A stretch of 64,000 nt of DNA from Octopus sinensis. Taxonomy: Eukaryota. The stretch is taken from NCBI RefSeq assembly GCF_006345805.1, contig NC_042999.1:21328001-21392000 (forward strand). Direction: 5' to 3'. This document shows, in pieces, positions 13,251 to 26,845 of this stretch (positions within the stretch are counted from its first letter, which is position 1; each line of letters starts with the position of its first letter). A model generated the notes under the pieces. That model saw only the letters and a list, made by a program, of their open reading frames with translations. It made no database searches and was not told the DNA's origin. A program made the position numbers and the translations under genes.

Positions 13251-13500
13251 CGGACGTTGGTATACAAATAACAATTTGGCATTGGGGAATTGTTTTGTTT
13301 ACAGGTTTCTCTATCAGGAACATTGATGGTCTTACTATTGTTTTTCACTTGATCATCTCTGTACGTGAAGAAATGATTGCAAGTAACTAGATTCAACTGC
13401 AGCATATTATAGGGAGAGTTTACGAAAAACACAAAAGGCGAAGACAGGTGGTGTACAAAACAAACAAATGTATTAGTATAACTCTCAGGAATAGAAAATG

Positions 13501-13538
13501 TCTTTTACGTTTCGAGCCTACGCTCTTCTACAGAAAGG
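13501..13538 (-). other. Hammerhead-ribozyme-like motif with variant core (Penelope-type minimal form)
   Basis: Minus strand: cttt CTGTAGA a gag-cgtagg-ctc GAAAC GTA aaag. Stem I cttt/aaag, stem II gag/ctc, palindromic ACGT. The core is CUGUAGA rather than CUGANGA. Confidence 0.5.
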
Positions 13539-14707
13539 GACACAGAAAAAACAAAGAGAGAAACAAGGAGAGAAAAAATGTGTGCAGTGCCTAACGATCT
13601 ATCATGGCATATTATACTACTTTCAGTCATGTGTGTAGTCAAACAATGTCTTGGTAAACAGGAATGATCTGGAGTTAGATAACAAGACTCAACAAATCTC
13701 TTTAAATAGCACTGTTTAAAAAACTACAAGACACTAGAGACGACAAGTATGTTTATGACAAAATATATCTTCAAAAAAAAACCAATTGGTTATACTGGAA
13801 AATTCGTTTGAACATAAAATTACTTGATCAGGGTTGACCTGGGGCTAAACAATAACAAACATTTCTATTGCTTATGTTAGTAATACAAAGATATATACAG
13901 AATATACTGCAGAGGGATTTCAAAGTTTGGAATCACGTGATATTTCCATTCATCAAGGGTATGTTTATACTCCATAAGACCGCCAGTTATTTCAACATTA
14001 CCATTCTTCGGTTTATTAAATGTTTGATTTGCACTTTCCGGAACGGTTCAGTTTCTTCGTTGTTTCCTTCGACATTGACAGTTGCAATGCCACCGGATCA
14101 TTGATTTCTTTTAATTAAGACAATGGTCACTTTCTAAGCAGATGATGTAGAGACAATTGAAATGATATTTCCTTTAAAATGTTATAAATAGTTCTTTTTA
14201 CAGACAATATTGCCTTGTTGATTGAATCTCTGTAGAATTTTACAGGAACACTCTTGAAAAGTTTCCTATTGTCGTATCGTTTGGAAGTAATTCAATAGCC
14301 GTTTGGTTGATGTAAAATACAATGCAATGCTTTAACGGGAAAATATTATAATGGCAAGTATATTTTGAAAATGATTATAATGAAGATCATATTTGTGATG
14401 ACGATATTAACGATTTCTTTGAATACCACTATTGTTTAGGTCCGGTCAACGATGATGAAGTGAAGTCTACAATGAATGAAATTCAACACGGGACCAATCC
14501 GTATCTTTAGAAGATATCTAGTATTAGATTACTTGTTATATTCCATTTTGTCTTTGTGTGTATTTCATGTATTATCCGAAAACATCTCAGCTGCTATTTC
14601 TAGCTGCTCGAGTATTCACATCGAGGTTACTTTGATTGTCATAAACGTGATGCTAAATTAGATGATTTAGTTTTACAGCACACTTTCAATAGAGGTATAA
14701 ATAATTT

Positions 14708-15132
14708 AAAGGCGGCGAGCTGGCAGAAACGTTAGCAAGCCGCGCGAAATGCGTAGCCGTATTAGGTTTGCCGCTACGTTCTGAGTTCAAATTCCGCCGA
14801 GGTCGACTTTGCTAATCATCCTTTCGGGGTCGATCAAATAAGTACCCAGTTGCGCACTGGGGTCGATGTAATCGACTTAATCCGTCAGTATGTCCTTGTT
14901 TTTCCCCTCTGTGTTTAGCCCCTTGTGGGTAATAAAGAAATAGGTATTGCGTCTTCCGTTAACGTTCTGAGTTCAAATTACACCGAGGTCGACTTTGCCT
15001 TTCATCTCTTCGGGGTCGATCAAATAAGTACCCAGTTGCGCACTGGAGTCGATGTAATAGACTTAATCCGTTTCACTGTCCTTGTTTTTCCCCTCTGTGT
15101 TTAGCCCCTTGTGGGTTGTAAAGAAATAGGTA
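14708..15132 (+). mobile_element. SINE family E, dimer
   Basis: aaggcggcgagctggcagaaacgttagc head plus two units. Confidence 0.9.
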
Positions 15133-15688
15133 TTAGTAATTTACACAGAACTATAGAATTTTTCATGTTGAAAACTCTTAGTACCCATCTGTATAATAAT
15201 TGTAGGGGCCTCTCAAAATATTTTCAGATGTATGAATGGATGAATTTTATGCATGAGTTTTCCCGTCGAAAGAAAAAAAAGTCTTTGCTAGAATATAACC
15301 AGCAATAGTGATAATACAGGAAAATACATAACGTTCACATCAACATGAAAATTGGGCTACATAACGAAATTTATTACACATAAAGTAACGTTACGCTTCT
15401 CACCAATAAACTTGGCGGGATAAAACTGGGGCCTCAGCAGAGTGTTTTATTCAATTCTGAGAAGAATAAGGAATTGTGGGTCTGTTGTACATCTTTCAGT
15501 TGCAGAAACGAACAGTAAATAAAATTCACGTAACTCGATTTCGTAACTGAACAATTTGTTGTGTTTATTTTAATGGTCTACTAATGTTGACAGTGAGTTT
15601 CTTTGACCTAGAAAATGAAAAAATGAAATAGATAATTCTAGGCACCTTTTCTTACATTATATTATATTATATTATATTACGTTATTTA

Positions 15689-15853
15689 GGCGCAGGAGTG
15701 GCTGTGTGGTAAGTAGCTTGTTTACCAACCACATGATTCCGGGTTCAGTCCCACTGCGTGGCACCTTGGGCAAGTGTCTTCTACTATAGCCACGGGCCGA
15801 CCAAAGCCTTGTGAGTGGATTTGGTAGACGGAAACTGAAAGAAGCCTGTCGTA

Positions 15854-15902
<49 letters not shown>

Positions 15903-16107
15903 GCATGTGTGTGTTTGTGTGTCTGTGTTTGTCCCCCTAGCATTGCTTGACAACCGATGCTGGTGTGTTTATGTCCCCGTTACCTAGCGGTTCGGTAAAA
16001 GAGACCGATAGAATAAGTCCCTTGGTCGAGTTGCTCGATTAAAGGCGGTGCTCCAGCATGGCCGCAGTCAAATGACTGAAACAAATAAAAGAGTAAAGAG
16101 AAAGAGA
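15689..16107 (+). mobile_element. SINE family A
   Basis: ggcgcaggagtggctgtgtggtaag head and aaatgactgaaacaaataaaagag tail. Confidence 0.9.
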
Positions 16108-16671
16108 GTATACATGTATGTGTGTATTTTTCCAATAACATAAACCTTATTTTTGTTGGGAATACTTGATTTTCTCCTTTCACTTCTCACGCAACCTCTC
16201 CAGTTAAGGTTTTAGATAAAACCGTGTCATAACATTACAGTGAATTTGCCCATCTGTCTTTCCGGTAATGTTTAGAATTCTAGTAATAATGGCAATGTTA
16301 TAAACTGTCTTTCAAACCTAACACACAATGATATATATATACCAGTTTATGTATGTGGCGGTCTAGAATTGACCCTCAACTGGAATGATAAAGAGCCGAA
16401 ATATAGTATCACAGTATCTGTGAAGTGCTGTTGATTTTGCTGCTGGAAACGGAATGGAACCGATTTTTTGAAGTTGAGATATTTGTGCCATAATGTCGAT
16501 ATTGTTGACGATGAATTGCTCCCAGCTCTGACAGGGCGTAAAGAATACGTGTCAGAATACATTCGGGTGGTTTACTATCCGTTTCAAAGCATTCTAGTCA
16601 CAAATTCTCAGTTAATTTCGATTTTAACAAGAGCTGGCTCAACGCTAATTTGTTTCGGGTAAAGCAACATA

Positions 16672-17300
16672 CAGTTGCGGCCAAAATGTTCAGAACAGCA
16701 TTGTTTTCGTCAGAAAAGTAAGTACAAGTTTTTGTCAAAGTAGTTTTATATTCTATAATTTTCACAGACAATAAATATCATATTAATTGTTATTGTCTGA
16801 GATTTTGGTGTAATTTGAGAGAATAATACAAAAAAGTTATGGATGATTTAGTGATTTACTGCAAAACCCATGGCGGCCAAAATGATCAGAACGGTTGCTT
16901 TTACTCTGTATTTTAGTATATTTAACCGGCGAACTCTAATGTTTTGAATTTGTTTACGTGACGGTTCGTTTACTAAACATTAGTAAGAATATTTGCAGTG
17001 TAATTTGTTAATATAATGCCACTTATCCCGTTACCAATTCGTCAGCAGATTATTAAGCTTCGAAGGAAGGATAATTTAAGTATTGGATCTATTGCAAAGA
17101 TTGTTAACAATCCTTCAGCTAGTTACAGCATCAACATCACGAATACATATAGTGTTTAGAATCAGCCTAAAAGACACATAAGCAACTGAACAGAAAACTC
17201 TTCCAATTTCTTGACAAACTTTCGCAATGTCATCGGGATTTGAAATGACGGAAGTTGTGCCAAATATTTTATAGATACAAAATATAGAAGAGGTACGCAT
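16672..17300 (+). mobile_element. Left end of an IR/DR-type Tc1 transposon with truncated transposase N-terminus
   Basis: TA|CAGTTGCGGCCAAAATGTTCAGAAC at 16672, with an inner direct repeat at 16871-16892 (20/22). ATG at 17016 gives MPLIPLPIRQQIIKLRRKDNLSIGSIAKIVN, an HTH-like Tc1 N-terminus, with a stop at 17157-17159. Confidence 0.7.
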
Positions 17301-17397
17301 ATGTTTATAATACTTGTAGTATTATATTATAGAAATGTATCAGTCTAAAGCCGTGTCGATATTTTGTCTCTTATATCGATTTTATAAATGTTTACAT

Positions 17398-17560
17398 ATG
17401 CGTGTATGTATGTATGTATGTATGTATGTATGTATGTATGTATGTATGTATGTATGTATGTATGTATGTATGTATGTACGTATATAATATATATATATAT
17501 ATGGTTGTTTGCGTGTGTGTATGCATGTATATTTACATAAACATACGTATATATACACAC

Positions 17561-17603
<43 letters not shown>

Positions 17604-17899
17604 GTGTGTATATACATTTATATACATGCATACATATGTGTGTGTATGTGTGTATGTATATATCTGCATATAGATGTGTATTTAGAAGATTTTATGGTTT
17701 TTACATAAGTACATACATACTCATACTCACACACGTAGTCACACACATACACACTCACATATATATGTATGTGTCAGTGTGTGAGTCTGTTTATGTACGT
17801 TTGTATGTATCTATGTATAGGTATGTATATAAGCATGCATCTATGTATATAAACATACAGTATGAATGAATGTAATACACTTAAATATATATATGCATA

Positions 17900-17955
<56 letters not shown>

Positions 17956-17980
17956 TATAATATATATATATATATGATCC
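17398..17980. repeat. Compound (TATG)n/(TA)n/(TG)n microsatellite block
   Basis: Direct reading. Confidence 0.95.
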
Positions 17981-18606
17981 TGACAATCAGGTTTTTTACA
18001 TCACGCACCTAATATAATATCTACTTAGCAAGAAAATATGACAAACAGTGTCGGAATATTTGGAAAGACCCGCATTATAAGAATAGGATAGAATAAAATA
18101 AAAAAAAATTAAAAACTATTTTAAGACAAGAATAATGAATTCTGAGATATAGAACTTTGGGAAAAAGAGAGAATAAGAAACAGATGGTGTCACTAACATT
18201 GTCAGTGTCAAGGGGTCAATGTACGAATAGACAATACATCCATATGTCAAGAAGTTCAATCCGGAGAATAGACAAAAAAACCTGAGCCCTATAAAAGGAA
18301 AGCAGTTTTTAAACAGCTGCGTAGATTTTTGCCGATGATAATGCCGTAGTGACGAGATAAATTCTGAAATGTTACGTAGTAAAAACAAATGTGAATGTAA
18401 GATATTTGTGCGATTTTAGACGGGCGAAATGGCTCCTCATAATATAATGGTCTCAGAGCCAATCACTTACCAAATAAATGCAATTCGGGTTTTTTTTTAT
18501 TACTTCAAAAATAAATAAATAAATGAAAACGGCATTTCTAGAGGGTAACAAGAACGGGAGGAAGAAAAGACCTTTGGGTCTTATTGACACCATTATCTCT
18601 CATAAA

Positions 18607-18658
<52 letters not shown>

Positions 18659-20039
18659 TACACACAACACACACACACACCCACAAACACACAAACACAC
18701 AGCACACACACACCACACACAACAACAATATATATTATATTATATAAGAGAGAGATAGATAGATAGATAGATACACTTTATATATATATACCCATTATAT
18801 ACATTATATACATGCGTTATATATGTACGTATATATATGTATACACATGATATATATACATATATAATTTAACACCATAAATATCTAATTAATAATATCT
18901 GTTATGATTGTGCGCTGGTGGTGGGCGGTAATAAGTCACCGTTCTAAAAGATCTGTGGCGGGAATATTTAAGCTATTGCGGTTGTCAACGCGTTCTCTAT
19001 ATAGATACAGACAGACTTCAGAGAGAGAGAGAGAGAGGAGGTGGAAGAAAGAGTGACAGAGAGACGGCGAAGGCAGAGAGGGAAAGAGGGTGGAAGCTGT
19101 CAAACGTCGTTATGGAGAAAAAATTGGAGGGGAAGGAGGAATGAGAGACACGTTAATTACTTGAAATATTTATATTTCTGAAGTCTAATAATTGAAGTTT
19201 TAAATGAAATCTATAAATAACTTGTAAAGACATGCTCAGTTAGGAATCTCGCTCTTACATCAGTCTTCTGTATCTTCTCAAACATTACAGACGTACTATC
19301 ACCGTGTATCACTTCAAGTGATATAATTTACTTAAGAACAAATAACACAGAGATCAATGCAACGACTAAAGCAGACTCTAGGATTAATGATTAATCTCGC
19401 TTGGAGCCAATGCACTTATCCTTTTAATTAGAATGGTGGTTATTATAATACTTTCCATATCTTTTAATATCGCCTTACAGAATAGCAGATATATATGAAT
19501 ATGCTGAAGGAAAAAAGAGCAGAAGTTACTATATGGATTACAGAAAGCGATACAACAATAATTTTAATTAATTATGTTTAGGTTTTTGTAGTGCAAAAAG
19601 AAGAGTGCTTCCAATACTAACGGACTAAATAATAACTGATTTAAAAAAAAAAAAAATTTTGCACACATTGAATAATACAAAATACTAAAACGGTATTTAA
19701 ACGATAGGAATATGAGAATTCCGTAATGGAGGGAGGAAGAAGCAGAAATATAAGAAGGGGATTAGATTCAAGAAGAAAAAAAATACTAAGACCAAAATCT
19801 GATGACGTAAAAGAATAAAACTGAGGCAGACTTTAGATCAAAACTTCGAATAAATGGCCCATGCGTCGCATGCATTTTCTAGTTGTTCAAAATTTTTTTC
19901 ATATTCTTGTTTCATAAATCCTTTTGAGTGTGTCACATTTTCTCTAGATATCTTGTTGCTATTTATAACAGCCACTACCGAATAATATTCTTATTATTAT
20001 TATTATCATTATTATTTTTATTTTTATTATTATAATATT

Positions 20040-20257
<218 letters not shown>

Positions 20258-20258
20258 A

Positions 20259-20802
20259 TTGAGTGAGAGAGCAGCGCATGACATCAAAGTGGCACTGGGA
20301 TAAAATATGCGAAGCGCAGTATACCCATCATGACTACATGTCTGACAAGGGTACACCAGGCACATGCATCACAACCATATGTGCGTGATATAGTGATCTC
20401 ATAAGACGGTAAACAGCACATGAGCTTGCAGGTGGGGCCCAGTTAGAATTTTCTTGCCGGTGAGTAGTCCATCTCGCTCGAAAGGTCCCTGAATAAGGGT
20501 TGTTTAAGGATGACGAACAAAACACCCATGTTTCCAAAGATGAATTATCCAACCCCCAAATAATTCCTCTCAACACATGGCGATGATGCTCCTCCATTAC
20601 TACTGCTCGTGATCAGACGTGCACATACCGTCAACCACCAAAGGACATGCTCAACTGGTTAAGGTCAAACAAACGACAAACAAATCTGTGGTATTGAGCA
20701 GAATATTTGCTGTAGCCCGTCTTTTATACCAAGACAAAACAGTGTACATGATAACACTTTCAGTCAGTGGAAATAAGAATCCATGAGAGTCACTCATGTA
20801 CT
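20259..20802. mobile_element. Family D copy 3
   Basis: Colinear with 9809-10365 and preceded by (ATT)n. Confidence 0.85.
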
Positions 20803-20903
20803 CAGAACGCAAAGACGGGTTGACGTGTTAGCAATTCTGCCAGCTTGCCTCCCTAATAATAATAATGATGATGATGATGACGATAATGATAACGATAATA
20901 ATG

Positions 20904-20972
<69 letters not shown>

Positions 20973-21004
20973 GTACTTCTTTTTACTATAGGCCCAAGGC
21001 CCCA

Positions 21005-21188
21005 AATTTGGCGACAGGGGACCAGTCGATTAGATCAACCTCGATATTTCACTGGTACTTAATTTATCGACCCAGAAAGGATGACAGGCAAAGTCGACCT
21101 CGGCAGAATTTGAAATCCCAACGTAGCAGCAGACGAAATACCGCTAAGTATTTCGCCCGATGTGCTAACGATTCTGCCAGCTCGCTGC
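21005..21188 (-). mobile_element. SINE family E monomer
   Basis: ggcaaagtcgacctcggcagaatttgaa...ttctgccagctcgctgc. Confidence 0.85.
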
Positions 21189-21201
21189 TCTAATAATAGT
21201 T

Positions 21202-21276
<75 letters not shown>

Positions 21277-21277
21277 T

Positions 21278-21833
21278 CCCTTATGTAGTACCAGGCAGTG
21301 GCTCTCATGGCTTCTGATCTTAACTGACTTGAAGTGTTATCATGTACATTGATTTATCTAGGTATAAATGATGGGCTACAACAAATATTCTGCTCAATAC
21401 CACAGATTTGCTTGTCATTTGTTTGACCTTAAACAGGTGAGCATATCCCTTAGTGGCTGACGATATGTGCATCTCTGACCATGAGCAGAAGTAGTGAGGG
21501 AAACATCATAGCCGTGTGTTGAAAGGAATTCTCAGAGTTTTGGGTAATTCACGTTTGGAGACATGGGTGGTTCGTTCAACATCCTTAAACAATCCTTATT
21601 CAGGGACCATTTCAGCGGGATGGACTACTCGACGCCAAAAAAATATTAATTGGACCCCACCTGCAAGGTCATGTGCTGTTTACCATCATATGAGATCTCT
21701 ATATCGCGCACATGTGATTGTGATGCATGTTCCAAGTGTACCCTTATCAGACGTGTAGTCATGATGGGTATACTGGGCTTCGTACATTTTACCCCAGTGT
21801 CACTTTGATGGCATGCACTGCTCTCTCACTCAA
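21278..21833. mobile_element. Family D copy 4 (inverted relative to copies 1-3)
   Basis: Reverse complement of the D sequence (gtagtaccaggcagtggctctc...ctgctctctcactcaa), preceded by (AAT)n. Confidence 0.85.
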
Positions 21834-22532
21834 GAAGAAAAAAATAAACGGACAGACAGACAGAAACAGCCATAACATACTGATAGAACCGTCTTACAGA
21901 CAGAACGATCATATGTAAGGATTCTTTTGGACATTCCTGTACATACAGAGAGAAACATCAAAGCTAATAAACCGGACATTATTGTGGAAGAACAAAACAA
22001 TAAACTCTGTATTTTTTGATCGACATGAGCATACCTTGTGATTATAATATCGTGGCAAAAATTTTGATAAGCTCAGAAAATATAAAGATTTGCTTAATGA
22101 AACCGAAAAACTGTGGCATCGCAGGATAGTCATATTACCAATGATTGTAATAGCACTATAATGGAATTGAAAACTCTTTAAGATAATCCCTGGTTAACCA
22201 TTCATGCAAAGAGTGGAAAAGATTGTTTTAACTGGTACGTAACTCGTATTGAGACGGACAATGTTGCTGTGAATTTTCTTTCCTTTTTCTCCTATTTAAT
22301 TATCTTTTTAATCTTCCCCTTTCTTTTTTTTCTCTTTTTTCTATTTTTCCTTCTGTTTTTCTTTATTCTTTCTTCTTCCTTTGTTTTCTATCACATAACT
22401 CGATTTCGTAAATGAACAATCCATTGTGTTTATTTTAATGGTCTACCAATGTCAACAGTAAGTTTCTTTGACCTAGATGTCGGGAAGACACCCAGCAAGA
22501 AATGGAAGCGAAAGTAAAGTAATTATAATACT

Positions 22533-22660
22533 TGCCGGAGCCTCGTAGAGCGTTATGTGTTTTCAGTCAATAAACACTCCCAACGCCCGGTCTGAGAATC
22601 GAAACTGCGATCCTACGACCGCGTGTCCGCTGCCCTAACCACTGGGGCATTGCGCCTCCA
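22533..22660 (-). mobile_element. SINE family B, head-only fragment
   Basis: Matches the tRNA head of 3199-3583. Confidence 0.85.
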
Positions 22661-22747
22661 CATAAGAACATTAGTATTATCAATAAGAAAGAAGCTAGTA
22701 AAAAAAAAACTGTGTAAAAGATGAACGTAGTAACTCTACTGGGAAGT

Positions 22748-22853
22748 AATGTTTGTCGCCACCTCAGCATGGCTGTTCCGTCCTCACGGGGTTAAAAAAT
22801 CGCATTAACGTCCGTTCGAACGGAACAGCCATGCTGAAATGGCGGCAAACATT
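22748..22853. repeat. 106-bp inverted repeat (mini-MITE-like hairpin)
   Basis: 34-bp arms at 22748-22781 and 22820-22853 are 31/34 complementary. A TA flank on both sides is possible. Confidence 0.8.
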
Positions 22854-23320
22854 AATTATTAGTATTATCACAAATAACTATACTTAGTATTTTCAAAATA
22901 CCTGTTAGCGAGATATCAGTCAATATAATGAACGACATTAAAAAAAGAAGAAAAAAGAGAAAAAAAATATGTTATTAGTTTGATTAAACTAACGAGATGA
23001 AATACATGCGTAGATCCACAGGATTTCAGTTTAAAATGTTCATGAAACTATCAGATTATAGTTTGATAGCTTACAATTTCTAACATTATATTAACCAGAG
23101 ATAATATAATTCATAGAATATTTTATTATCTGTTCTTCAATATGCTTTTTCTCATTATTTTCTATTTCTGCTGTCCATTTATATTAATTTCAAGAAAAGT
23201 AAATCTCCTTAAGAATAAATAATTTATCAAATTCTTTACAAAACTGAGATAAAATCATATTGGAAATAATACTCCTGTAATATTAGTTAGGTTATCTTAA
23301 TCTTTCCTCTTTTTCTTCGA

Positions 23321-23494
23321 ATCAGTCGTTTGACTGCGGCCATGCTGGGGCATCGCTTTGAAGGTTTTCAGTCGAAGGAATCAACTCCAGGCCTATTTAA
23401 AGCTCAGTATTATTTCTATCGAATATTTTTGCCGAACCGCATGGTTACGGCGACAGACACAGACACAAAGATGCACACGCACGCATACACACAT

Positions 23495-23530
<36 letters not shown>

Positions 23531-23680
23531 TGGGCTTTTTCCCTGTTTCCGTCTACCAAATTTACTGAAAGGCTTTGGTCGGTACGTGGCTACAGAAGAA
23601 GACATTTGCCCAAGGTGGCTCACAGTGGGAGTGAACCCAGAACTCCGTCGCTGGGAAGCAAGTTGCGTACCGCACGGCCT
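23321..23680 (-). mobile_element. SINE family A, diverged copy
   Basis: tttgactgcggccatgctgg tail, central (CA)n, degraded head. Confidence 0.8.
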
Positions 23681-24839
23681 GTGAGGTATTTATTACATTA
23701 CAGCTAATCCACTGGAAAACGCAGTCTTATTCTTCCATCCTCGTTCTTGTCAAATAGCACCAGATTTTCTTAATTCAAACATATTCTATATCTGTAATGG
23801 CAAAGGATATCAATTTCGCCATATTGCACTCGAATGTTCAGTAAATAACATCGTTCCTTTTGCTGTTGCTGCTTCTCCACCCACCCCTCCTCCTCCCCCT
23901 TCTTCTTCTTCTTCTTCTCAATCAGGACTCACGCCGTTAGCCTCAAAGAATAATCTCTAATTCGAGCCTACTCCAGCTTCTGCCAGCTCGCCGCCTTATA
24001 TGTTGCCTCAGTAATAACCGACCTCTCGTTTAGTGTAGCTTGTTGGTATCTCGGTCATTTATATGCCATGAAAACCGAATATCCCACCCTATGTGCCTCA
24101 GGAGAAGAGAAAGAATTGTTCAAGGATTTGTTTTAGTTGTTATTGATGGTAATGTTGATAATATAGAACACCCGCCAATCCAAAGCCATCTGTATTCAAT
24201 GATCGAATTCTTTACCGATCACTTCGTCTTGAGATTGGTTAATATTTATTTATTTATATCGAAACCACTATATTACAAATTGTAATAAATTATAAACAAC
24301 GCAAAAAAAAAGAACATTGGCTTTCGACCAATTGTAACACATCAATTTTAATTGGATCCAACCAATTGCAAAAACAACAGTTTTAGAACGCTTACCACTG
24401 CGCCGCCAAACCACAAATGTAATATATATTCTTAGATCGACAACAGATAATTAATTTACTGTTCTGCATAATATTAGTTATTCTGAACATTCACAGGGCA
24501 TGGTAACCTCTTAATTCTGATCAGATATTTTAATATCAAATGCATCGTTTCTAATTGTTTTGTCAATTACGTATGCTGAAGTTTACGTGACAAATCAAAT
24601 TAAGCTTCAGACAGGTGTCATAGTAAAACAATGTTTAAATAAATGTAGCCACTAGAATATGCAAGTGATTAATCCACTGCAACGGCTAATGTAAATTGCC
24701 TTATAGAAGAAATGCATTCTTCATGAGTTCTTCCTCTTCTTAATTAACTATAATCAAAGGGGGGAAGAAAAAAAAAGCAAGAAATGAAAGACAACGAACG
24801 TAGAAAGATACGAAATAAAAAACAAAACTTAATCAAAGC

Positions 24840-25602
24840 AACTGGCAACAGCAATAACAACAACAACAACAACAACAACAATGACAACAGCAATAGCTAC
24901 AATACTAAAAGGATGACAAAAATTTCAAACAATTACAAAGAAAGCTTGAAAGAAAGCAATGGAATGGAAAAAAAAAATTGAACAAAAAGAAAGAAAAAAA
25001 AGAGATATTATCAGGACCAAATTCAAGTGCAATAGTCATAGCACTTGCAACTGCAGACACCGACAACAACAACAACAACAAAAATATTATTTGACAATCA
25101 ATAATGAACTCGCATACAAAATCAATAGTAACCAACACTCTTTGAATCGAATTTTTTTTCTTGTTTTTGGTGGGGTTTTTTTTCTCTCTTTTTTTGTTGT
25201 GTGAAATTTTACATAATTGTTGTTTTGTTTTAGTTTTTTTGATTTTGTGCTTGTTTTATTCATTCAAGTTCATCGTTCCCTTTCACATTCTTCTTCTTCT
25301 TCTTCTTCTTCTTCTTCTTCTTCTTCTTCTTCTTCTTCGTATTCTTTGCCACTTTTGCCTTATTTTCCTCACCTTCTTTCTCTTCCCCGTATAACTACAC
25401 CTTCTACATTTCCTTCTCCTTCACTCCCTCCTCTCCTCCTCCTCCTCCTCCTCATTCTTCTTCTTCTTCTTCTTTTACTTTTATTCTTTTCCTACTTCTC
25501 TTTCTTTCTTTTCTGTCAGCCTACCAAATTGCCTTCTCTCTTCTCTCCTCCTCCTCCTCCCTCTCCTCCTTCTACATCTAGTTCTTCTAATTATTATTAT
25601 TA

Positions 25603-25643
<41 letters not shown>

Positions 25644-25750
25644 GTTATTATTGTTATTATTATTATTATTAGTAGTAGTAGTAGTAGTAATAGTAGCAGC
25701 AGCAGTAGTAGCAGCAGCAGCACCAGCAGTAGTAGTAGTAGTAGCAGCAA

Positions 25751-25824
<74 letters not shown>

Positions 25825-26134
25825 ATATTAGAAATGTTACCAGCATCAGTATTATTAAGTGCATTTGCTTTTGATGATGATGATGATGATGATATTGGTT
25901 TGAGTGTTGGAGTTTAAAATCTGTTCCATTTTACAGTTGGTGATGTTGTTGTTGTTGATGTCGCTTCCGCTACTTTTGCTCTGGCATTTGTTATGCCCAT
26001 TCCTTAACGTTCCTCTTTGTTCATATAATTATCGTATTCATCGCCGTCGTCGCCGTCATTGCCGTCGTCATCATCATCGTCATCTTTATCATCGTCGTCG
26101 TTGTCGTCGTAGTTCATTGCCATCCTGATCGTTG

Positions 26135-26168
<34 letters not shown>

Positions 26169-26245
26169 TATCATCGTCGTCGTCGTGGTTGTTGACTCAT
26201 CTGTATCGTTATCATCATCATCATCATCATCATCAACATCATCAC

Positions 26246-26291
<46 letters not shown>

Positions 26292-26804
26292 TTTCCCATC
26301 ATTATCGTCGTAGTTGTTTTCTCATTGTCATCGTCATCCACATCATCATCATCATCTTACTCATCATCAACCTCTTAATCATCGCCGTCGTCGTCGCCAT
26401 CATCATCATCATCATCTTAATTTATCGCCGTAGTCGTCGTCATCATCATCATCATCATCATCATCATCTTAATCATCGTCGTCATCGTTCGTCGTTCGCC
26501 GTCATCTTCATCAAGATAAATGTCGCTGCAACAGTGGTCTTTTGTCATCAAAAATGTATGGAATCTCAACAGCATCATCAATATAACACGGACCATTTCA
26601 ATAGTTTCCCTCAAAAAACACGCACACATAATGAAAGAGGGAACGGATACTTGTAGCAAAATAAAAACATGTTAATGGTCACGGCAACGACGACGGCGCC
26701 GAGCAGAGAAACCACGACAACGACTAAGGCGACAAAGGTGATGAGGATTACGATTATTGTGATGGCGATGATCATGATCATAAGCATGATGATGGTAGAG
26801 ATGG

Positions 26805-26845
<41 letters not shown>

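Noticed and set aside
13880-14100. Stop-free minus-strand frame (TVPESANQ...YILYISLY) as a possible host exon
   Set aside because: No recognisable domain and no convincing splice sites. A run of this length is expected by chance.
16468-16662. ORF containing ELLPALTGR, reminiscent of some non-LTR RTs
   Set aside because: A single short motif, and the surrounding residues do not fit.
17382-17986. Poly-YI, VCVC and HTHT ORFs here and throughout the window
   Set aside because: Dinucleotide and tetranucleotide microsatellite translations.
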